A stretch of DNA of 64,000 nucleotides, from the IMG/VR virus record IMGVR_UViG_3300050821_002963, positions 67,525 through 131,524 of that record; one strand, given 5' to 3'. Within the stretch, counting starts at the first letter, position 1. The number at the start of each line of letters is the position of its first letter. The notes under the pieces are model-generated. The model was not told where the DNA came from, did no database searches, and worked only from the letters and a program-made list of their open reading frames with translations. A program made the translations under genes and the position numbers. The stretch is from a virus. Below are positions 56,558-64,000 of the stretch, piece by piece.

Positions 56558-57390
56558 AAAGAGCGCTCTTCACTTCGAAGAACCTAATCGGTGACGCGCT
56601 GTACATCCAGCCGGCACTGAAGGCGTGGTCGCAGCAGCATCCGGGGTGGGCAATAGACTTGCTCACCCTGGACGACCACATAGCCTGTCTCTACGAGGGC
56701 ATGGGGATTCCTAATCTGCGAGTCGTCTACAACGACCCAAAAAATCTGGAGCAAGGCCACATTCGTTTGGACTATCAAGACGAATACGATTTCCAGCACA
56801 CGTTCAATGTGAATGCGGCCTTCACTCTGGGCCACGAAAAGAAACTTCATATCTCCCAAGCGTACATGTCCCTATTGGGTCTGGAAGTCCCTGAGGGGCT
56901 ACCCAAAGTCGCCTACACACCGCCGCAGGGCGACGCGGAATCGGACCTTATACTTGTTTCCATGTTCTCAAAGTCGTGCGCCTCTAGGAGCGGCAAAGCC
57001 CCTAACAAAATGCTGGGGTGGGGGCATTGGCTTTCCATCATTTCCATATTGCGGCAACTGGGCCCAGTTCGGTTCCTAGGAGGGCCGGGCGATGAGGCTC
57101 CATTACCTATCCTCAAAGAGGAGTACGTAACGGGTCGGCCACTGCCGTGGGTGGCTCGGACCATGAAGCGGGCAAAACTACTCGTCAGTATAGATAATGG
57201 CATGGGCCATCTGGCAGCAACGCAGGGATTGCCGACGATACTTTTCTATCCCAAGTGCCTGAACATTAACTGGATCGTTCCAGCGAACAACAAGATGATG
57301 CTTCTACATATGGATCCAACACAGATGACGATTCCGGATGCGGTCACATTCGTTCGGAAAGGGTTGCAGAGACTTTGGAGGGAGGAATGA
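56554..57390 (+). CDS. GT9 (heptosyltransferase-like) glycosyltransferase
   Basis: 'IGDALYIQPALKA', 'AKLLVSIDNGMGHLAA.QGLPTILFY'. Confidence 0.8.
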   Translation: MKRALFTSKNLIGDALYIQPALKAWSQQHPGWAIDLLTLDDHIACLYEGMGIPNLRVVYNDPKNLEQGHIRLDYQDEYDFQHTFNVNAAFTLGHEKKLHISQAYMSLLGLEVPEGLPKVAYTPPQGDAESDLILVSMFSKSCASRSGKAPNKMLGWGHWLSIISILRQLGPVRFLGGPGDEAPLPILKEEYVTGRPLPWVARTMKRAKLLVSIDNGMGHLAATQGLPTILFYPKCLNINWIVPANNKMMLLHMDPTQMTIPDAVTFVRKGLQRLWREE

Positions 57391-57564
57391 GAAACGGGAA
57401 TCACCACACAAAAGCATACAGATTAGATAAGCAGGTTCCAATACGAGTGCTTGGTGGTGGAGAGGTGAGACTTCCGCTGAGTTCTGGTTTCAAAAAACAG
57501 TTGAAGAAATGCCATCATAAAAAGCAGCGGGCTTGGGACAAGAAGGTGGCGAATGGAGAACAGC

Positions 57565-57894
57565 ATGGCGAAAAGTAAAAAGACAGTTGCAAAGAAAGGC
57601 AAGCCAAAGAAAAAAGAAAAGGTAGTTCTGGCGGTGATGGCTGAGGAAAGACCATTCCGATTGGATATGGAGGTAGCAACTCATAACCAGACGGACGGGA
57701 CCACCAGCTACTCTTTGGTTCCGAGAATGTGGGGTGGAGAAGATAAACTGAAAGAGGCAGCGGAGGGGTTCAAGAAAATCGGAGTCGGTGGAAGGTTGGT
57801 TCACCAGGACGGAACTCCGGATGGGACTATCATCGAGGAGTGGTTTGGTGTGGACCGGCTGGCGGAAGCAAAGGCCAAGGAAGCAGTGAACTAA
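57565..57894 (+). CDS. Hypothetical protein
   Basis: GGAG RBS; Lys-rich N-terminus. Confidence 0.55.
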   Translation: MAKSKKTVAKKGKPKKKEKVVLAVMAEERPFRLDMEVATHNQTDGTTSYSLVPRMWGGEDKLKEAAEGFKKIGVGGRLVHQDGTPDGTIIEEWFGVDRLAEAKAKEAVN

Positions 57895-57922
57895 AAAGCA
57901 CGTAGATAAAATCGAGAGGAGA

Positions 57923-58378
57923 ATGAAGATGAGCACAAAGAAAAGCTGTGCGTTACCGAAGTCGGTATTCCCACTGAAGTTCGAAGTGAAATCTCCAAGC
58001 TATGCTTTGGAATTAGCTCAGCAGTTGATTCGGCCTTTTTCTCATTGGGTGCAAGATGATTTTGCTGTTGACAAAGATGGTGCGGGGGTTCCTGAAAAAT
58101 CTGCGAGGGCAGAAGCCTTCTGTGCTCTTGGGGCCCTTCGAAGGGTCAATACAAAGCATGCTAAAAAAGCAACAAAGTTTTTGGCGCAAGCTGCTTTGAT
58201 TGCAGAATATGGGAACCCGGATCAAGGGCAGTTAAAAAGTGCAGATGATCTCGATATCACCGGTTTCAACGACGACACTCTGCTTCCCCCAAAACAGAAA
58301 CACAAATTGGTTTTGAAAATGTTCACGACAGCTATCAGATTGGCGCGGAAATGGGAGGCCAGCAGAGCTGGACATTAG
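57923..58378 (+). CDS. Hypothetical phage protein
   Basis: GAGGAG RBS; 'WVQDDFA...FCALGAL...FNDD' motif. Confidence 0.6.
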   Translation: MKMSTKKSCALPKSVFPLKFEVKSPSYALELAQQLIRPFSHWVQDDFAVDKDGAGVPEKSARAEAFCALGALRRVNTKHAKKATKFLAQAALIAEYGNPDQGQLKSADDLDITGFNDDTLLPPKQKHKLVLKMFTTAIRLARKWEASRAGH

Positions 58379-58397
58379 ATACAAAAAACACTATACT
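58369..58397 (+). promoter_or_regulatory. sigma70-type promoter P3
   Basis: TGGACA-17 nt-TATACT; spacer begins TTAGATA. Confidence 0.75.
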
Positions 58398-58619
58398 TTT
58401 CTGGTGGGGGATTCCGGCTAACGGAGTCCCCATTGGGGCGTATATGAGAACACTCAACAAAGAAGGCAAAGAAATTTTATTCGGGCTGATATCCAACAAA
58501 GGCTGGGGAGGCACTCCGAACTGCATTCGACGGGCACTTAACTTTCTGAACAAGCATGGCTGGGATAAGAAGTGGATAGTTTCCTGAGTAAAATTTTAAG
58601 AATGAAGGGAGAAAATAAA

Positions 58620-59012
58620 ATGAGTGATTACAAATATATAAGTCAGAAACTTGTGACCCGCTATGCGGTTCGTAAGGCTCTTGCCAATAGGTTAAAGGAT
58701 TGGCTGAAGAAAAGGAGGTTGGAAATTCTCGACCTCTTTGCGCGTGGCTACCGTTGCCCGAGAAGCGGCCCCTACATCCTCGAGCTGGAGCCTCAGGGCG
58801 GCTCACCTGCGTACAAGCAAATCTTTTTGGCTTATCTAACAGAGGAGCTTCTTCCTCAGTATGGAGAAGACCTGGCTGTAGCTCAGGCAATGGCTGAGAA
58901 AGAGCTACAGAAGATAGTGGCGGCCTTCGGCACAAAAGAAGTGGTGCATCTGGAGGCGAAGCAGAATCCTCTTTACAAAGAGGGAGCCAACATCAAAAGA
59001 GCGGTGGCGTAA
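58620..59012 (+). CDS. Hypothetical protein
   Basis: GAAGGGAGA RBS. Confidence 0.6.
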   Translation: MSDYKYISQKLVTRYAVRKALANRLKDWLKKRRLEILDLFARGYRCPRSGPYILELEPQGGSPAYKQIFLAYLTEELLPQYGEDLAVAQAMAEKELQKIVAAFGTKEVVHLEAKQNPLYKEGANIKRAVA

Positions 59013-59297
59013 TGGATTGGGAACATTGGGTACTGGCGGCTATGATTGTGGGGGCTCTAATTTTAGTTCTCTATGGAGCCATCGGATTGGATAAGGAGTT
59101 CAGAGGGAAGAAATGAACTGGCGGAAGGCATCTCCGAGTGAGTGCACGGGCAAGATGAGACACAAGTCCAAAGGGGCGGCGGAAGCTGCCCTACGGGCCT
59201 TCGAGAGAGCCTTCCCGGCACAGGTTGGGAAAAAGCACGCGTACAGATGTGGCACTTGTTTGAAGTGGCACTTCGGGCGGAAGAGAGGAGCATAGTT

Positions 59298-60371
59298 ATG
59301 GGGTTCTACCAAAAGATGGCGGACGAGCGAACGAAGAAAAGATTGGGAGTGTATCAGGTACTCGAGTCGGACATGATTAAGGGTACGGACCGGGAACGGG
59401 CCTCAACGATTGCCTCTTTGGTTTCTACCGGAGAGGAGGCTTACAAACTGGCGGGGCACGATGGGTTTTCCTATCGCGACTTGGACCTGCGTCGGAGATG
59501 TGGTGTGGTACTTTATAAGGGCATGGAAGTTCTGCTTCTTTTCAAGCGGTCCATACTGGAGCGCGAGCCGGGTCCAGGCGACCCGGTACCGGAAAAAGTT
59601 TTGACTGAGCCCAAAGATGCGTGGGTTCAGGTGAACCTATTGGATGTGGCTGCGGCTGCGACCACGTCAGACAAAAGCGTGGTTAGAAATCTACAGGCCC
59701 AGGTGCAGAGGCTGCAACAGTGCTGGCAGGCGGAAGAGGCACATAGAAAACTTCTGGAGGAACAAATCGCGGGCTGGAAGAAAGAAAAGGAAGACTTGAA
59801 AGCGTTGCGGGAGAGGACCCCATTGTTGGAGCGCGCGAACAAGCTCCTGGCTACAGAGTTGGAAGGACTGAAGGCGGAAGTAAAGCTGGAGCAGGCGGCA
59901 CGGAAGGAGGACCGGCTGGGAATCATCAAGGAACTATTCCCGGTTTTCAATACAGCTTGGCTAGCTGGCTTGTATCGCGTGGAGGATACCCTCTATGACA
60001 TCCTCAAGAAGCAGTTGGTGGAAGCGCTGGGTAAAATAGGGGTCAAGCTGATTGAACCGAGAGTAGGGGCGGAGTTCAATCCGGCAATCCACAACGCTTT
60101 ACATGCCAGCCAATTCGAGAAAGGCTCCAAGGAAATCGGAGCGGTGGTCAACATTCACAGAGTCGGGATGATGCTCAAGGAGGGTCGGGTTATCGAGGCG
60201 GCAGAGGTCAGCGTCGGAGTGGAGAAACCGGAGGAGGAAAAGCATGAAGGAGCTGGTGACAATAAAGCACAAGACCCTGTACCAGATGCTGGAGCGAGTG
60301 GCACCGGATCTGCTGAAGAGTTGGGATCGGTGGGACTACCAGATACTGGCACCAGCGAGCCTGGACGATAG
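59298..60371 (+). CDS. Protein with coiled coil and C-terminal GrpE-like domain
   Basis: 'IIKELFPVFN...L.KIGVKLIEP.VGAEFNPAIHNAL...V..G....GRVIEAAEVSV'. Confidence 0.7.
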   Translation: MGFYQKMADERTKKRLGVYQVLESDMIKGTDRERASTIASLVSTGEEAYKLAGHDGFSYRDLDLRRRCGVVLYKGMEVLLLFKRSILEREPGPGDPVPEKVLTEPKDAWVQVNLLDVAAAATTSDKSVVRNLQAQVQRLQQCWQAEEAHRKLLEEQIAGWKKEKEDLKALRERTPLLERANKLLATELEGLKAEVKLEQAARKEDRLGIIKELFPVFNTAWLAGLYRVEDTLYDILKKQLVEALGKIGVKLIEPRVGAEFNPAIHNALHASQFEKGSKEIGAVVNIHRVGMMLKEGRVIEAAEVSVGVEKPEEEKHEGAGDNKAQDPVPDAGASGTGSAEELGSVGLPDTGTSEPGR

Positions 60372-60448
60372 GGCAGTGGTGAAGGTGGTGCTGTATGACA
60401 GGTTTGGCGGGGCTTACGGTTCGGTAGAATTTCCAATCGAGGTGGTGC

Positions 60449-61258
60449 ATGGCATTACTGACGTCTGAAGAGAGAAAGACACTAGCGGAGAAGGGCATGT
60501 ACGTAAAAGAGAAATGCGATAACTGTCTCAAGCCCATTCTCTCGCCGGTCAGCTTCACTCAGAAAGATAAAAAAGTTTGGTGTGCAGTCTGCGCCAAAGG
60601 CCAGGATATAACAGCAGCAAATATCAAACAGGAGGATGAGAGAATGGCAAAACAAAAGAAGCAAGCAAGCGGCGACAGTAAAAAGGAAGCACCGGAGAAA
60701 GTCTCCAAGAAGGTTGGTGGGTTTCTTCCGAACGGTTCCTCAATCGGGGACCTATATCTGCTCTTGGAGGACGAGAAGAAGCACTCGTTCAAAGAGGGCG
60801 AAGCGGTGGTCAAGAAACACAAAAAGGATTTGATGGGCCGGTTGGGTAACCTGTATCGGTCGGGCATCCGGAACAAGGCTTGGAGCTTAATCGTGGATAA
60901 GGAAGCGGAGACCATCCAGATGAAGCTCGGTAAGCCGACGGGTGACCCAATGGTAGTAAAGGCGGAGAAACCTGCTAAGGCAGCCAAGAAAAAGGATGAG
61001 GAAGATGAGCCGGCAAAGAAGCCTGCCAAGAAATCGGCTCCGGCATCAGCTTCCTCGAACGGGGACAAGGGTCTGAAAACGGTGCAGGCACTGGTCCGGA
61101 GGACATTGAAGGGAGGTAAAGACTGGACCAAGAACAAGCTGGCAGACCACCTACACGAAGAGCATGACATTGCCTCAGCTATTACGGCCTCAGCTATCGC
61201 TGCGGAAATAAAAGCCGGTGGGGTCAAGCTGGAAGACGGAGTTCTCGAGTTGGTATAG
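60449..61258 (+). CDS. Zn finger + winged-helix-like, Lys/Ala-rich DNA-binding protein (putative)
   Basis: CDNC...CAVC; central domain shared with 30452/52973; PAKK repeats. Confidence 0.6.
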   Translation: MALLTSEERKTLAEKGMYVKEKCDNCLKPILSPVSFTQKDKKVWCAVCAKGQDITAANIKQEDERMAKQKKQASGDSKKEAPEKVSKKVGGFLPNGSSIGDLYLLLEDEKKHSFKEGEAVVKKHKKDLMGRLGNLYRSGIRNKAWSLIVDKEAETIQMKLGKPTGDPMVVKAEKPAKAAKKKDEEDEPAKKPAKKSAPASASSNGDKGLKTVQALVRRTLKGGKDWTKNKLADHLHEEHDIASAITASAIAAEIKAGGVKLEDGVLELV

Positions 61259-61352
61259 TGTTCTATGCCCCTGCGCCGCAAGCGCGTCCTGCAGGATGGC
61301 TCGAATCAACGAGCGGGGGCACCAAAATTAAAATAAGAATGGAGAAAAAGAA

Positions 61353-61877
61353 ATGGGCGGAAATAAGTACGAGACGGAAGCGGTTAATCTTCCAGCAATC
61401 AACATGCCGGAGATTCGAAAGGTCTTGGCACATATCGAAGGGGATCTTCGGCGGTTGGAGATGAGGAAGTGGGGAATCACGAAAGGGTATGTAGCGAAAG
61501 TGATTCCGCTAGTCACGGCCAGAGTTGCTGGGGTTCCACCAGAAGAGGTTTCGGAAGTTGACGTTGAATACCTGAAAGTGTTGAAACGATTGGATGAGGC
61601 GGGCTGGGCACAGTGTGGTACGAGGGCTTGTTTCGCCGGCTGGCAGGTTCTTCTTTCCATTCCACGAGATGAATGGTTTAAGGTGATGACGGACGAGAGG
61701 GAGATGATGACCGAGGTGCGTGAACAGGCCGCAGAAGCTTTCGGTTTCACCCACGACGAGGGCTATGCAGTTTTCATGCCAAGCAATCAGAAGGAAACAC
61801 CAGAAGAACAGTTGGCTCTATTGAAGAAAACAATCAACGAGGTTTTGGAAGAAAGAGGAATGACGGAAAGAGTCTGA
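61353..61877 (+). CDS. Hypothetical protein
   Basis: 'CGTRACFAGW' motif; GGAG RBS. Confidence 0.6.
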   Translation: MGGNKYETEAVNLPAINMPEIRKVLAHIEGDLRRLEMRKWGITKGYVAKVIPLVTARVAGVPPEEVSEVDVEYLKVLKRLDEAGWAQCGTRACFAGWQVLLSIPRDEWFKVMTDEREMMTEVREQAAEAFGFTHDEGYAVFMPSNQKETPEEQLALLKKTINEVLEERGMTERV

Positions 61878-61901
61878 AAAAGTTTTCCGTAGAAAGGTTT
61901 T

Positions 61902-62240
61902 ATGGATAAAAGAAAAGCACAAAAGTCATCGGCGCGGTTGTCCAAGGAGGGTAAGCTCAGGCTTTCCTCGGACCTGGTACCAGTCGATGCAAAGCAGAGG
62001 GGCATAAAATTTATTTTTGTGCCCTCTCCTGAGAAGAGGCGTCTGGTGCTGCGAGTGCCCGGTAACGGTTCAGATAAGAACTATTTGATTCGTAGCGGGT
62101 TATTTTCCAACGCAGCATCCAGATGTCCTTTATTTTCGGTGAAGTCGATGTTGAAGTTTATGGCACTGCCTTTACCGAAGAAGTCAGTGCAATACAGGGT
62201 TCGGAAGAGACGTAACGGAGAGATGGAAATCCAATTCTAA
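61902..62240 (+). CDS. Hypothetical basic protein
   Basis: 112-aa ORF. Confidence 0.5.
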   Translation: MDKRKAQKSSARLSKEGKLRLSSDLVPVDAKQRGIKFIFVPSPEKRRLVLRVPGNGSDKNYLIRSGLFSNAASRCPLFSVKSMLKFMALPLPKKSVQYRVRKRRNGEMEIQF

Positions 62241-62250
62241 GGAGAGATAA

Positions 62251-62904
62251 ATGAGACTGACGATGTATTCACAGCATAAGTTTTTGTCGGTAGAGCCTGG
62301 ACCATTTCTAGTTACGAAGGTGGTGGTTCAGAATGTCTCGCGGTGGAGATTGCTACAGGCATTTTTCACGGGCATTCTTAAAGGCGCATGGCCCCCGACG
62401 AGAGTGTTGCTAATTCTGCTGATGCTTCCAGTGATGCTGTATGCTCAAGAGGAAGAAAAAGTTACTGTGCCAAAGAGGCTGTTGACTCAGCAACAGCTGG
62501 AGCAGATGAATGGCGGCAATCTTCGGCAGAATGTTTCGGCTTGGGCTGGTATTGGTAAGGAGGTTGGAGAAGCTGTAAATTCTTCGATGCAAGCTATCAC
62601 TACGCAGTCCAATAATTTCGCTCAGACAGGCGTCGGAAAGATGACGATGGCCATTGTGGTTTGGAAGATATTCGGTGACCAGCTAATTCATATCCTTGGT
62701 GGCGTTGTTGAGACAATTCTTTTTGTGCCTCTTTGGATATGGTCATTCAGGAAAACGTGCATCACTCGTTCGATTAGAACGGGCAAAGATACCTATGAAA
62801 AGATTGTGTACAATGCTAGCGGGGAGATGACTCCTAGAATAGCACACGCTTTAGCGGCAGCCGTATTTGCCATTGTTGTATTGACTACAGTGTTTTCCTA
62901 CTGA
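62251..62904 (+). CDS. Membrane protein
   Basis: AAGGAG RBS; several hydrophobic segments. Confidence 0.6.
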   Translation: MRLTMYSQHKFLSVEPGPFLVTKVVVQNVSRWRLLQAFFTGILKGAWPPTRVLLILLMLPVMLYAQEEEKVTVPKRLLTQQQLEQMNGGNLRQNVSAWAGIGKEVGEAVNSSMQAITTQSNNFAQTGVGKMTMAIVVWKIFGDQLIHILGGVVETILFVPLWIWSFRKTCITRSIRTGKDTYEKIVYNASGEMTPRIAHALAAAVFAIVVLTTVFSY

Positions 62905-63109
62905 GGTGGTCCAATGGACAGAACACCAGAACAAGAAATCATTTTTCAGGAAGGCCACTTACTTGGCTTGACGGAAGGGATGTGGAAGTGCCAGGAACTG
63001 ACGGCCGTGCTGAAAGAGCGGTTAGACATGCTTGAGAAAGAGAAAGAGGAAACGGATAAAATGATAGTGCGGTGTCGAGAGATTGTGGCTCAGATGTGAG
63101 GAGGCTGTG

Positions 63110-63328
63110 ATGGCCATCAAAGAAGTAAAATACACGGCAGTAATTATCGAGAGCGAGCGGGGCTGGGGTCAGCGGGTGGATGAAGTCAAGGAGTTCGACA
63201 CGGAAAAAGAAAGGGACGACTTCATTCGGGAGTTCAACAGCCATAACAATTTGCCATCAGCTCCGGATTGGTACATGATGGCTCAGACAGGGAAAGATAT
63301 CATCCGGGATGTGAAGGAGGTAAAGTGA
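63110..63328 (+). CDS. Small conserved phage protein
   Basis: 'IESERGWGQRVDE...APDWYM'; GAGGAGG RBS. Confidence 0.6.
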   Translation: MAIKEVKYTAVIIESERGWGQRVDEVKEFDTEKERDDFIREFNSHNNLPSAPDWYMMAQTGKDIIRDVKEVK

Positions 63329-63496
63329 AAGATTGCGACGACGTCAACGTTGAGCTCTGGCTCAAAATAAAAGTTGCAGTAGTTTTATTTCTGCTGGCGT
63401 TTTTGTTTGGTCTAGCGGCTTCCAGTTGGATGCAGAAAAGTTTCGCGCTCCCCAAGGCAATTACTTCCTCATTTCTCTCCCATCGGGATGTTTGGC

Positions 63497-63892
63497 ATGG
63501 ATAAGATTTGTGAAAACTCAGCCTGTGGAAAATTGATGAAGCATGTAAATGCTTCTAAAAAATATTGCAGTCGTTATTGCGCGCCTAGTTACATTAGAAA
63601 AATGCAGAACTTGCGGAAGCCAGCTGAGTTCTCTAATGCTACAAGAGGGGCGATATCTGAATGGGTTGTAGCCATAGATTTGCTTTTGAAAGGCTATGAA
63701 GTTTTTCACGCTATGTCTCCGGCCTCTTCTTGTGATTTGTTGGCTTTAAAGAATGGTACTGTTTTACGGATAGAAGTTCGTACTGGTCAGAAAACTAAGC
63801 GCGGCATCTCTTATAGCAAACGACGGTTTAAGGCTGACCAATGGGCGGTTGTTGTGGATAACCAGGTTTCCTATATTCCGCTTTTATCGTAG
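63497..63892 (+). CDS. PD-(D/E)XK endonuclease with N-terminal Zn finger
   Basis: C...CGK...KYCS..C; 'GAISE...L..GYEVF...DLLA...RIEVRT'. Confidence 0.7.
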   Translation: MDKICENSACGKLMKHVNASKKYCSRYCAPSYIRKMQNLRKPAEFSNATRGAISEWVVAIDLLLKGYEVFHAMSPASSCDLLALKNGTVLRIEVRTGQKTKRGISYSKRRFKADQWAVVVDNQVSYIPLLS

Positions 63893-64000
63893 GTTTTGTA
63901 TGGGGCCTTACCCAACCCCTAAGGCTGGTACGTTCACCGCTCTAAATCGTCCCTAATAGCTAATTTAGCCCTATTTTCGGCCCCTCCTATCCCGTCTCTG

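Noticed and set aside
49750-58615. Recurrent GAAGGGAGA motif as a regulatory repeat
   Set aside because: Where examined it lies a few bases before a start codon; best explained as a Shine-Dalgarno variant.
1-64000. Genome-wide TGA recoding
   Set aside because: Many recognisable genes end at TGA at their expected C-termini, often in ATGA overlaps (e.g. Ro60, radical SAM, HAD, vWA); coding density is already high under the standard code.
63893-64000. Pyrimidine-rich end as origin or terminal repeat
   Set aside because: Composition shifts, but the segment is cut by the window edge and shows no repeat I can support.

Overview
64 kb of a large tailed dsDNA bacteriophage genome; every credible gene is on the + strand. 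All product calls come from motifs read by eye; no database search was run. Layout: (1) 0.5-6.8 kb, putative virion genes, including two paralogous acidic proteins built from ~18-aa repeats. (2) 7-32 kb, a sugar-modification cluster (two GDP-mannose dehydratase paralogs, a C-methyltransferase, a B12 radical SAM enzyme, several glycosyl- and methyltransferases) interleaved with unrelated enzymes (ART-like, ParB-like, HAD, InPase, kinase) that share an N-terminal leader. (3) 7-deazaguanine genes (two QueD-like, QueC, QueE, ArcS-like). (4) 34.3-39.9 kb, an RNA island around a Ro60/TROVE gene. (5) Resolvase, GroES-like protein and terminase large subunit. (6) From 48 kb, small early-type genes behind three related sigma70-type promoters. 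The main finding is an array of ten Y RNA-like genes upstream of Ro60. They share one scaffold (bulged-C helix GGCCGG...TGTC(C/T) plus a TTATC box) but carry different cargo: anticodon stem-loop mimics (UCA, CAG, GAA), circularly permuted tRNA domains, a normal-order tRNA domain, and non-tRNA domains. Inside the array, a UGA-reading tRNA directly follows an ORF with an in-frame TGA.
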